Positions 1 through 11,532 of a stretch of DNA of 64,000 bases are shown here, one piece after another. The stretch is taken from NCBI GenBank assembly GCA_025786725.1, contig JAHLTZ010000024.1:372001-436000 (forward strand), given 5' to 3'. The translations under genes and the position numbers were made by a program. The notes beneath the pieces are model-generated. The model was not told where the DNA came from, searched no databases, and saw nothing but the letters and a program-made list of their open reading frames with translations. This stretch comes from Syncephalis fuscata S228. Taxonomy: Eukaryota > Fungi > Zoopagomycota. Each line of letters starts with the position of its first letter. Position 1 is the first letter of the stretch.

Positions 1-832
1 GATATACAATGCTACTTACTGCCTATTAATATTAAATTGTTGGTACACATAGTGCATAACATGTAATTAATGTATAGTCAGTTAATATACAATATTACCT
101 ACCCCCTATTAATATTAAATAATTAGTACAATCAGTAAATAACAGTTAATGTATAGTCAGTTAATATACAACATCACTTACAATCTATTAATATTAAATA
201 ATTAATGCCATTAATAAATAGTATGGTTAATATATAGCCAGCTAATATACAATACCACTTACGCCCTATTAATATCAAATAATAATACAATCAGTAAATA
301 GCATAATTAATGTATAGTCAGTTGATATACAACATCACGTACCAGCTATTAATATTAAACAATTATACAATTAGTAAATACTATAGTTAATATAAAATCA
401 ATTAATGTACAATACCACTTACGAGCTATTAATATTAAAAATTAATACACCAGTAAATAACATAATTAATATATAGTAGTTAATATATACTACTACTTAC
501 CCCTATCAATATTAATAATTGACATGACAGCGAACAACATAGTTAATATATAGGCGATTAATATGCGATATACTTACAGCCTATTAACATTAAGTTATTT
601 ATACGCATAATGCATAGTACATGGTTAATATATAGGCAGTTACTATACAATATCACTTACAGCCTATTAACATTAAGTTATTTATACGGATAATACATGT
701 TAAATAGTTAGTGTATAGTCAGTTAATATACAATATCACTTACAGACTATTAATATTAAGTTATTTATACGTATAATACATGGCACATAATTAATGAATA
801 GTCAGTTAATATATAGTATAACTTACAACCTA
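1..832 (-). repeat. Tandem array of ~78-83-bp intron+microexon units (10 full units plus a partial one)
   Basis: The plus-strand motif (G)TTAATATACAA....ACTTAC-NNN-CTATTAATATTAA recurs, with ACTTAC-like hexamers starting at 14, 97, 176, 257, 337, 417, 495, 572, 655, 738 and 821. Confidence 0.95.
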
Positions 833-1015
833 TAGCATAATTAGTTAGAAATACTGTTAGTAAGCATAATAAATAATATATCTATTGTTATTGCACCATA
901 CCACGGCGAACTAAGGCTGGTTTATCACTCATCATGGTTGGTCTAGCATCTATCATGGCTGTAGTGGCCACAAAGTCACGACGATAGTGCAAACGACGGC
1001 AATAGAAAGCTTCAT
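1..1015 (-). CDS. Putative secreted prepropeptide gene whose mature part is encoded by >=11 microexons of 3 nt (one of 2 nt); 3' end lies outside the window
   Basis: Exon 1 is 1015-902, with ACCATG context. With one restored base near 972-974 it reads MKLSIAVVCTIVVTFVATTAMIDARPTMMSDKPALVRR-G. Intron 901-830 runs GTATGG...TACTAAC...TAG. Microexons follow at 829-827 GTT, 746-744 TCT, 663-661 GCT, 580-578 GCT, 502-501 GG, 425-423 CTC, 345-343 CTG, 265-263 GGC, 184-182 ATT, 105-103 GGG and 22-20 GCA. Each is flanked by TAG and GTAAGT/GTAGGT/GTACGT. Confidence 0.75.
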
Positions 1016-1694
1016 GGTGATATTACTTTGTTAAGACAAAAAAATAAGAGAGATGGTAGAGTGTGGTTGGTATAGAGTGTATAGTAGTGTATGTTTAGTA
1101 AGAAATAAAGTGTGATGATAATATCCCAGTTGGTTGTGTATATTTTGTGGGCTATTTAAACTTATGGCTACGCTGAGCTGCTAGTATACTGTATTAGACG
1201 AGATATACCATTGATGTGTAGTATGAGGCAATAAAGCGATTCAAGTAATGGCCTGAGGTATGCGCGTTTATTAATAGATTTATGGTGTGATAGTATGCTT
1301 TTTAGACTTGAATTCAGCCTGACCTGCCCCGATTTTAACCTGCCTAGCCTTAATTTTAACCTGCCTAATCCTTACTTTAATCTGTTAGTCATTTGCACGA
1401 GTACTGTAAGGTGTTCGTAATATAGTACATATACGATAAAAATAGATATGTTAACTTGTATTTTTTGTTACATGATCTAGATATCTGGTGAAAGCAAAAT
1501 ATTGTTTAGTTTTGTAAGCACGATAACAATGTATTTACTACCATTTCTACCGATTCGGTCCTCAATATCTGCATGCATAAAGAATAGCACACAACACTGA
1601 TACAAAAACAAGTTTAATGCATTAAACTGATACTTTATACAGATTTTTACTGCCTTGCATAAATCTGCCGTAATTTTTTAAATTAAACTATTGT

Positions 1695-2270
1695 TACGCT
1701 TCTAACTTTAGAAATCGCAACTTGAATGACCAAGCAACACATTATTCTGTCGCTATCCTATAGCGTTAATTTATGATGCTTATTAACGCTTACATTAACG
1801 CTCAGAATACAATGTGTTGTTTGGTTGTATTGCTTTTATAATAAATTATTTCTTATTGGTCATTAATTGCCACAGTTTAGCTATAATAAACTGAATAACT
1901 TGTATGACACTAAGTAGAAATAATATTGGACTAGAAACTTGATTATTCCTTTATTGATATTGAATAAAGCTATCATTATATAGTAAACATAACTAATAAT
2001 AAAACTGGAATGCCTTGTAGTATTTGATCATTAGCGCAGCATATTAGTTCAGGTGACTGCTCATATGCTCACAACTAACAAGTAGCTACACGTCATATTG
2101 TCGTAATAGGCATTTGTTACTAGTAATCGGTACTAATATCCGATAGATATATTATTCTTGTGATCAATCACATGCGACTTTAACTGGTGATTCAACCACA
2201 TGGTATATCTCTTGGTCACACTTTCAAAGACCCTGTCCGGAATTATAGAACAGTAACACTATCATTATTG
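1695..2270 (+). repeat. Dispersed repeat A, abutting the Fanzor-like relic; second copy inverted at ~23540-24082
   Basis: TACGCTTCTAACTTTAGAAATCGCAACTTG ... AAGACCCTGTCCGGAA matches the reverse complement of 23563-24082 at roughly 90% identity by eye, with one ~30-bp indel. Confidence 0.9.
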
Positions 2271-2628
2271 CATATGGTGAAGGCCACTTGCTTTACCAAT
2301 GGTCAGCAAAGCATCTGCGCCTACCAATTTGATGCCAAGAATGCTCAAGATAAATGTGAACATCAGAAATGCTAGTCTTCTTACGTCCTTGTCACCATAA
2401 ACGAGTATCTTATATCGTAAATCTGCCCAAAATGCAGCAATAGAAGATTAGAAAATAGAAAAGACCATTCAGATGCAATGATTCATGCTGTACATAAATA
2501 CAACAACAACAACTGCGGAACGATATGGAATCGCGATCAATGGCTTCTATAAATATTCGGTCAATCTTTCTACACATGGTTAACAACAACGATGACCAAC
2601 CTCAAATGCTTCAAAGAAATCAAATAGT
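2249..2628 (+). pseudogene. Degenerate C-terminal fragment of a Fanzor (eukaryotic TnpB-like) RNA-guided nuclease
   Basis: Stitched across frameshifts: NSNTIIIAYGEG..PMVSKASAPTNLMPRMLK...VLVTINEYLIS*ICPKCSNRRLENRKDHSDAMIHAVHKYNNNNCGTIWNRD.MASINIRSIFLHMVNNNDDQPQM. This matches the TnpB/Fanzor order RuvC-II (D/N)E-x-x-(T)S, CxxC zinc ribbon, WNRD-x-x-A-x-x-NI (RuvC-III). In-frame TAA at 2418-2420. Confidence 0.85.
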
Positions 2629-2867
2629 ATGTTACATTGTTTATTTAATCAATTTATTAATATTTTAATAGGAAGTAATAGTGTTATTATATTATGTTAA
2701 TGTTTATTGTGAATAATTATTTAAACACGAATCAATTAATCAAATCATTATGGTCGATTGCGTAAAATAATTTACTGCGCTGAATGGGGAACGCAAAGTA
2801 CATAACCAACTTTGTCATTTACATTTCATTAATAAAACTGCCACTTTACTCCTCTACTACAAGCAAT

Positions 2868-4110
2868 ATGGACTCGGATGTAGGTATTCCGTCCATCGTT
2901 GACCCAAGGGCACCCTCAGGCAGGTAGCAGCGTAGATGAGTACTAGTAAACAGGGATTTAAATAGCTCATTAGCAAAGACAAGCGAACAAAACGTTGTTA
3001 GGACTTGCTAGTCTTTATCTATCTCCTGGCTATTAGTAGAAGCTTACATGTTGTTATACTGTTTAGATGCGGCAGAAGCAGAAGAGATTGGTTTACTAAT
3101 GACCAATCGTGGCAATAAACATATCCTTTAACTATTTGCTTTCAATCTATACCTAAACTATACACGTCCATAACTTGTGTATTTACTGAAAGTAGGCGCT
3201 GAACGGATTACTAAACGACGACGCCTTTGGGTAGCACCCTCTGAGACGGAATCAGTAGCAGTAAGTTATTTGAGTAGTAATGCAAGTTAGAATCAGTATT
3301 GAGTCTAAGCTTTATACGTGATTAGGAACATGTAAAACGACTACGAGGTCTTGATGAAGAAGAATACGGCCATTTACTACCTGAGAAAGATGAGCCGTAT
3401 TGTGGTATATCTGGCAATGGTAAGAATAGATAGACGTGTATATGTGAATTATGTCATTCATTACAGTACATCTAGATATTCCAATTGGTGAACGATCTGG
3501 TGTTGGCCAAGTGCTAAGAGATCCAGCTTTACAGCAAACATTTGAGAATCCTTATGTTGAACGTTTAGCCTATGCCACTATGGATATGATTGAACGTGAA
3601 AAGCTACACTATCAACGACTTGACAGATTGGCGGGTATTCTACAACAAGATGATCCATGGTATCGCGATGTAGAGCTGGCCGATGAAGTACTTGTTACTG
3701 AAGTGTGGGAGCGGCTACAAGATCATTTATGCTTTAGCGGTGCTACACTTCGTAAACTGGGTGCTATGCGTGATCGATTAATGCGAGCCTGTAGAGATCG
3801 TGGCCAGCTATGGTCACGTATGGAAGAGCTAAACGAAGAGCAGTCAATAGCTGCCCTTGAAAACATGTATCCACATGCTGCCTATCGATCTAGCATGACA
3901 GATAGCAATGGCTATGGCTATGCCACTACTACCACTGCTACCACTACAACAGCTGCTCTAGTTGACATTGATAATGTATCAGCATCACAAGTAAAAGTAC
4001 AACGAAAGAAAACAGCCAAAGCAACGGCTAGTTCAACAGCTATTCATAATACTAGTAATAGCGCCAACAATACAACTGGTCCTACAACAAAACAAGTACG
4101 TAACAAGTAA
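2868..4110 (+). CDS. RXT2: RXT2-like subunit of the Rpd3L/Sin3 histone deacetylase complex (5 exons)
   Basis: The spliced product contains MTNRGNKLK, then EPY..., DPALQQTF..LAYATMDMIERE and DDPW, typical of the RXT2 N-terminal domain. Introns are at ~2920-3066, 3121-3186, 3261-3325 and 3420-~3470. C-terminal tail is Thr/Asn-rich. Confidence 0.7.
3121..3186 (+). other. U12-type (minor spliceosome) AT-AC intron, 66 nt
   Basis: 5' end ATATCCTTT, branch-like TCCATAAC at 3167-3174, 3' end TTTAC. Removal joins GGC AAT AAA C|TG AAA GTA to give GNKLKV and removes an in-frame TAA. Confidence 0.9.
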
Positions 4111-4479
4111 AGTGTACTAATAACTGATATTTATTAACAAACTACAATAGAGATAAAAGATGAATCTAGGATAGATCAAGACTTTACTTTTTATTTGAAT
4201 AGCATCCACCGTATATAGAACAATAAATTATTAATTGAATACAATACAATATAATATCGAAAGAAAAAGGCCACACCTTTTATTTGCAAACAATCCATAT
4301 TTAGATATGTGTGTGTGTGTGCATGTCATTGATCACATCTACGTAAGTTGTTCCGACCTCCTTGTTATCTGCTTCCGTATTCCGTGATTCTCTTTCTTTT
4401 GAACCAACTGCTTATTGTTATAGCAGCAGATTGCACCATCAGATCCTTGATTATAAACCCATACGATATATAAATTGTT

Positions 4480-5288
4480 ATGGCTTTACGTCTACTTTGT
4501 CAACAGCGAGCCATGGCGCGTCGTCCCATGAGTCTCATCCTACCACAATCCACAGCAGGTAAGTAGCAAAGAAGGCAAACTAGACCACATGTATCAATAC
4601 ATTATTATTTGTATTCAATCGAGTATTATTGATAAACAAATAAATAGCGTGATACCATGTTAGTTAATATAGATACTAATCAGTAAATTGTTTACATGTA
4701 TATTTATAGTGTCTCTAGCTCGTCTACATACCAGTGCACCCATTCGTCAAGAAGGTAAGATGGAGAATTAATAATGGTAATAAACAAGTGTATTAACATT
4801 TTATTGATATGAACATTATCAGTGGCTACCATACAGTACCATCAGTATCTACACGTAAGTAATATGTAATAATATGTAATAATAGTCATATTTAATCATA
4901 TGTATTAATCGATATATATATATACATAATATTGATGCGTAATTCAATAGATCCACCCCAAAATCCGGATAAAATGCACGGATCTTATCATTGGGACTTT
5001 GAACGGGCCATTGCTATTGCTATGCCGGCACTTATTGCCTCGACAGCCATTAAGGGAGCGAATCCAGTGACAGATGCTCTATTGGGCGTAGTTCTACCCA
5101 TCCATACATTTATGGGCTTTGATGCTTGTTTGCGCGATTATGTAGATAAGCGCAAGTTTCCAACGCTTGGTCCAGTAGCCAAAGGCGCTCTATGGGTATC
5201 GTTTGTTACTGTTCTCTATGGCTGCTACCATTTGAATACCGAGGATATTGGTATGACTGAATTGGTGATCAAGGCATGGAAGGCCTAA
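4480..5288 (+). CDS. SDH4: Succinate dehydrogenase cytochrome b small subunit (CybS/Sdh4/Tim18 family), 4 exons
   Basis: Mitochondrial presequence MALRLLCQQRAMARR; motifs HGSYHWDFER, DALLGVVLPIHTFMGF and DY. Introns 4559-4709, 4755-4822 and 4855-4950. Exon 3 is one base short. Confidence 0.92.
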
Positions 5289-5659
5289 GTCTATTTTTAT
5301 TTTAATATGACAATAAAGCTCATAGGCAAATATGTATCACTGTTGCATAGCATTGTACAATATGTTAATTGATTATAATGATTGGTGAGATAGCCAATGT
5401 AAAAAAGATTTACTCGGTATCCGATAGACATGTGTATTATTATTGCTGTGTTATTATTATTGTGTGAATCAAGGATGAGTCAATGGAAGGATGGAAAGAA
5501 GGGATAAATAAATGGCTATCGATAGATAACTATATCCAACTCACTCTGCTATTACTGCTATTGTTTACTGCTTACTGCTACTGTTTACTGCTTACTACTA
5601 CTACTGTTACTGCTTACTGTTATTATTTACTGCAAACAACTTGCTTTATTGCCTTCATC

Positions 5660-6865
5660 ATGGCTATACTTTCCTCTACTCGCGGTGATGCCTCGGATTC
5701 GTCTCATCAGACGGGTACTATACTTGGTACTGCTATCCAAACACTGTCTTCTACACTGGCGTCGACCACACTTGCCACGAATGAGTCTGTGTCTTCACCA
5801 GCTGTTACAACAGCCGGGATGACCGTTAGATTGATGACTTTTAACGGTCACAGACCTCACTCATACGTGTCAAAGCGACAAGATCAACACGAAGTGTCAT
5901 CTAGCAATAGTCGGTCTAAAAATCGCCACAATCCATCGTGGACACCCACACCGCGGGATTCACTGATACGTCGTGAATACCCAGGCAAACCGGGTAGTCG
6001 ACGTCGTCAACGCTATGACAATAGTAAGTGGAGATAGATAGAAATGGATTAATGGCTTAATGTCGATCGTTATAATGTGTTATAGACCATTTTGTTGGCC
6101 ATCCGTGCGCAACGTTGTCACCTGAAGATCTGCCTGCTCCTGGTTATGCACTAGATGCACCAGGATTCCACTTTACAGATCATGCTCAGGTGGCATTGTC
6201 TGCACCTGAATTACCAGCCATTTTCTTGCCATCTAAAATACGATCACGACCAACTCGTGTTGGTTTAACACCAGGTGATCGTACGCTACGACAAGCTGTT
6301 CGTCGTCGCTGTGTACCACAAGGACTTGTTCGTCGTGTAGAAGCAACGATTATACAATTCTAACGCGTGGCGTGACTCATAGTGATGCATGGACACTATT
6401 AGATCATGACATATTATCTGAAGAGGAGGAGGAGGAGGAGGAGCCATCTAGTAATGATAGTGATGTAGATGATCAGGCTAGTTCAATGGTACTTGTATGT
6501 GAAGAAGATACACAGCCATCTATGAATGTAGCAAATGAAGTAACGGCAATTGATGGTGAATTAAATGATGCAATTACCGTAACAAGTGGACGTCGACTTG
6601 TTTGGGAGGCAAGCGATGGTTTATCTCGTCTAATTGTTCATTCTATATGTCGCCATTATCGACTCCATTCCTATAGTAAGTGGATACATGCTATTGTTGT
6701 ATATATATATATATACTAATGCTAATAACTGTTTAATTTATAGGTAAAGATACGCGAGAAGGAAAGCGGCTAACATTTATTGAACGTCGCCCTGATACCG
6801 TATTGCCCACAAGCAATACTTCCTTTTTTGATACACTGTTTTTCTCTTCTAATATGACTTATTAA
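5660..6865 (+). CDS. R3H-associated + R3H domain protein (R3HDM4-like)
   Basis: GKPGSRRRQRYDN motif, an acidic linker, and C-terminal RLIVHSICRHYRLHSYSK (RxxxH). Introns ~6023-6085 and ~6676-6743. Frameshift near 6360. Confidence 0.8.
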
Positions 6866-7575
6866 TCAATATGATAGAGCTATTTATCTATAATAATAAC
6901 AATAATAATAGTAATTCGAAGTTATTTTTGTTACACTTTAATGTTTAAATGAATGTATTAAATTGTGGATTGAATTAAGAGTATAAGCCATTATTTTATT
7001 TACATTAATAATAAATAATTGAAAACACTAAATAAATCATTTGTATATTAATATTATTTAAATTCCATTTTTGCTCGCCGTACAAGTGATTGAGCTTGAA
7101 AATTGATAGAATATCTATTAATGGCTTCATTGTTAAATCAATGCGACTGATTTATGGTTCGATGGCAAGACAGCACCAAATACTAATACTTAAATAAAGT
7201 TAGAGCTAGTACAGCAATATGAATACACATATTAACAATAGTTTAGTATAAAACTTAAATAATAGTAGCTAAGATGCTATTGATAATAGAGTTTTTATTG
7301 AAAAGGTGGGATGCTGATGATAGTAAAATAAGTTGTATTCAATTACGCAATATTGGTGATAAATATATAAAATATGAAGTTGACTGAATAATGATCATAA
7401 TAAACGTTTAATCTCGATTGAAGTCATTCCGACGTTGCCCGGCCTTGCTATCACAGTTTGCTAGCTCCTTTTTACGTTACTGATCGTCACTGATCTCACT
7501 TTTGCGTATTCTTTTCTTTTATTACGCAACTTTCTTTTATATTGTGTGGTATTGTGCTTACTTTTGTTTACAGCG

Positions 7576-9368
7576 ATGGCGTCTCGTTTTGGCTTGTCTG
7601 GTTTGCTGCGGGCGGGTATGCGCGGTTCTCCGGTAAGTACGATTGCAATCCCGCCATAAGAATGGTGCCTATCTACCGATAAGCCAACTGATCAATCAAC
7701 ATTGCTATAACTGAAAGCGATAACTGGCTTTATCTGATGGTTATGTTGTTTGATCGGTTATATGGTGGATAGATTGGTTATAGCAATAGTATTGGATGAG
7801 ATCTACTGACTAATTATTGCTTATTTAGACTATGCGTATTAATCGCTATGCCACAGCTGCTTCAGCGCTCTCACCATCAACACGCACCACTACATTGGCC
7901 AATGGTTTGACGGTGGCTACTGAGACACATCCTCATGCACAGACAGCCACTGTTGGCGTGTGGATTGATGCTGGCAGTCGCGGTGAAACTAACGTCAATA
8001 ATGGAGTTGCACACTTTCTAGAACACATGGCTTTTAAGGTATTTAAATATAATTAATTAATAATGAATGGATGGATTTATTAAACGAATAGCATTGACTA
8101 ATAATATATTATTTTTATGATGATATTGCTATTGATTGTGTATACAGGGCACCAAGAGTCGTTCACAGCACCAATTGGAGTTGCAAATTGAAAATATGGG
8201 TGCTCATTTGAATGCATACACTTCTCGCGAACACACCGTCTACTATGCAAAGGCATTCAAGTCGGATATTGGTAAAACGGTTGAAGTTTTATCAGATATT
8301 TTGCAAAACTCCACGCTGGATGCGGCTGCCATTGAGCGTGAGCGCGATGTTATTCTTCGTGAACAGCAAGAGGTTGATAAGATTATGGAAGAGGTTGTAT
8401 TTGACCACTTGCACGCCACTGCCTTCCAAGGTAAGTAAAGTCGATCTGCGGCAAATGCTAGGCCAGAAAGTAGTATGTTATTAATTGTATACTATTTATA
8501 TAGGTCATGCATTGGGTCGCACTATTCTAGGACCAAAGGAAAATATTCTTTCATTGCAGCGCGATGATCTTGCTGGCTACATCAAATCCAACTATGCTGG
8601 TAACCGAATGGTGTTGGTTGGTGCCGGTGCCGTTGACCACGGAGAGTTGGTTCGTTTGGCTGAGCAACACTTTTCAGCATTGCCAACTACTGGTGATGAT
8701 GTTGCGCAGTCAAACCGTGTCAAGCCTCGCTTTATTGGATCGGATCTACGTATTCGTAATGACTCGATGCAACAAGCACACATCGCTCTTGCCGTTGAAG
8801 GTGTTGGCTGGTCGCATCCAGACTATTTGCCCATGCTTATCATGCAGACACTTGTTGGTAGCTGGGATCGTGGTCTAGGTGCTGCCACGCATTTGTCATC
8901 TCGTCTTTCAAATGTTGTTGCACGTGACAACCTTGCCAACTCATTTACTTCGTTCCATACTGCCTACACTGATACCGGTCTTTGGGGCATCTATCTTATT
9001 AGCGAACGTCTTACACATCTTGACGATTTGGTATATGTCGCACAAAACGAATGGAACCGCTTCTCTGTCTCAGTGACTGAGGCTGAAGTGGCCCGTGCTA
9101 AGCAACAGCTAAAGGCTGCTCTTCTACTTGGTCTTGATGGCACGACCGCCATTGCTGAAGATATTGGTCGCCAGCTACTTACCAGTGGACGTCGTTTGTC
9201 GCCAGCCGAGCTAGAACAGCAGATTGACCAAATCTCTGCCGCCGATATCAAGCGTTGCGCCAACACCTATCTATGGGATCGTGAGGTTGCCGTCGTTGGT
9301 CTTGGCCCGGTTGAAGGCTTACTGACTACCAGCGCATCCGTGCCAACATGAGCTGGAATCGCGTCTAA
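7576..9368 (+). CDS. MAS1: Mitochondrial processing peptidase beta subunit (peptidase M16)
   Basis: [24 protein letters not shown], inverted zinc motif [13 protein letters not shown] and [14 protein letters not shown]. Three introns. Frameshift near 9320, true end ...MSWNRV*. Confidence 0.95.
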
Positions 9369-9729
9369 GCGTGTTGAATTTGTGTGCCGATGTTTAAGAT
9401 GAGAATAACAGTTATAATAGCAATTGGTTACAATTGTTTACAGTCTAAATAATCGTTGGAAAATAGCCAGATTCTACCCTTAGTAAACATGGTTTTAAAC
9501 CAATAATGCTGTTTGTGTTTTTGCATCTATGATAAATATATTAAATACAGACATTATCATACTGGTCTGGAGTGCAACGAAATAAATTATAAATACAGTT
9601 TGTTAATAAGAGTCGTTTATAATGAATTCAGTGCTACAAGATTTGGATTTAATACATTAGATTCAATTGCTGCGTACTATAATTGACTAGTTGTAGTTTT
9701 TTATTTATTTAAAAGTTCAAATATCATAT

Positions 9730-10648
9730 TCAGGTAGATAGCGAATGGAACATTTCTATAAATGCATCTACTGGCTGTGCGCCTGATAATACGTATCTAA
9801 TATAATGTAAATAACTACCAATGATAATTGCGTTGCCTTTCTACTTACTTGTTGTTGACTGTAAAGTGTGGTACACCAGAAATACCTTGTCGTGATGCAG
9901 CTGATGCCAACTTGCGAGCTTCATCGGCGCCAGTACCAGCGCGTAAATACGCTTCAACCTGATCGCCAAACATAAGTGTCAATTTGTTATTCATTGTCAT
10001 TGTTTAATTGCTACCTTTTCTTTATCAAATCCGGCTTGTTCAGCCGCTTCAACCAGCATTGGTAGCGAGGCAGGTGATTGTCCGTGCTCATGTACCTGGC
10101 TAAATAACGTTTCCATAACGGCATCCTGCTTAGCTGCACTGCCACCATACTCGGGATTGCCAGCATAGGCAATTAACTGGTGGGCAAGCAATGTATTGGC
10201 TGTTTTGCCATCCCAGTAAAAATTAATATCTTGGCTTTGTCCTAAAATGTCTATGAGTTAGCATGCAATAAAATATGTAATGGTAGCTTGCCCATGCTAG
10301 CTAAGCGTTGATGCATCGCTTGAATACGACTGGTACTGCCAAATTTACGCTCCAAATACTCTGATCGATCCATTTCCTCGGCCATATCCGGTGCTAGCTG
10401 GAAAGGTAGCCAGCGTACTTGTACATCGACATCCGGCGACTGTTCTATCGCTTTCTGTAATAATAGCATTTGTATCATATCATTTAACTGCGAGTATTAT
10501 TATTATTATTATTACTTACATCGAGTGAACGTTTGCCCAAAAAGCAGCTAAATATAAATGTTAGTAAACTATTGTTATATGATTAAAATACTTACAAAGG
10601 ACAAGTAACGTCGGATACAACATCGATATGAACAGTTTGTTTAGCCAT
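9730..10648 (-). CDS. DsbA/FrnE-like thioredoxin-fold oxidoreductase (multi-exon)
   Basis: The spliced product reads IDVVSDVTCPFCFLGKR, WLPFQLAPD, ANTLLAHQLI, GISGVPHF and LSGAQP. Confidence 0.9.
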
Positions 10649-11532
10649 ATTGAATTAAAACTGAAAGAAAGTAGTAGATACGCCTATGGCTACCAGGTAT
10701 CTATTTGCTATAATGCTGTATTAGTAAGCATGTGGGCTGATCTACAAAACACCAATAATTTACAGTTGTGGTAAATGGAACGGGTAAATTAGTCAGCATT
10801 GAATGGCAGCTGTGAATTAATTACATGTTTTGCGCTGTTTATTTATTAATTATGTATTTGAGAGTTATAAAGCAATATAGTATTGATTATACGCTGATTG
10901 ACTGTAGCAATAAGATATTTCAACCATTAACCAATATAATTAAAGGTATTTTACCAGTTACTTGGCTATCATTCAGACTAGTTTAATTCCAATATTTATC
11001 ACAGCTATTGGCTATTCATTTATAATTAGTTCCAGCTAATCTATTAATTAATAAAACGATGCGTTATTACTACTTTGTTCCAAGTAGAATAGTAAACATA
11101 TGGCCAATTTTGCATCAATCTTGAAAGACTTGTATATTTTCTATGTTTAAGAATACTTAAATTTATTAATAAATAACCATTAATCAGTTACTAAGAAAAA
11201 TAATAGTAATACAAAAATTGATTAATGCAAAGCTAGACAATAAAGAAAAAATGTCAATCCAACTTAGTTATCAATTAGACTGGTATGATGATAGCTGCAA
11301 ACTCAACAAAACTATACTAAATTTAAAACCAAATTATAAAATTGTTGATATTAATAAAGCAAATGTTATACTATTTTATAGCAAAATGATACTCTAATAA
11401 GAAATAAGATTAAAAGAAGAGTTGAGGCTTGTTCAGTCTTTCTATTTGTTGTTGTAAGCGATATCGCGCGTCAACTAATCACATGATAATACAATTAATA
11501 GTTAACTACTATGATCATAATTAGCAATAGCA

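Noticed and set aside
1-832. CRISPR-like array or plain minisatellite
   Set aside because: The context is eukaryotic with no cas genes. The variable part is only 3 nt and is bounded by splice signals, so intron/microexon units explain it better.
888-1015. Single-exon 42-aa peptide ending ...RRGMVQ*
   Set aside because: Possible as an unspliced form, but 901-830 has donor, TACTAAC branch site and TAG acceptor leading exactly into the first microexon.
1315-1385. Three ~21-bp degenerate repeats (TTTTAACCTGCC)
   Set aside because: Too short, with no second locus or function evident.
2187-2375. 62-aa ORF from the track
   Set aside because: It is largely an off-frame reading across the Fanzor relic.
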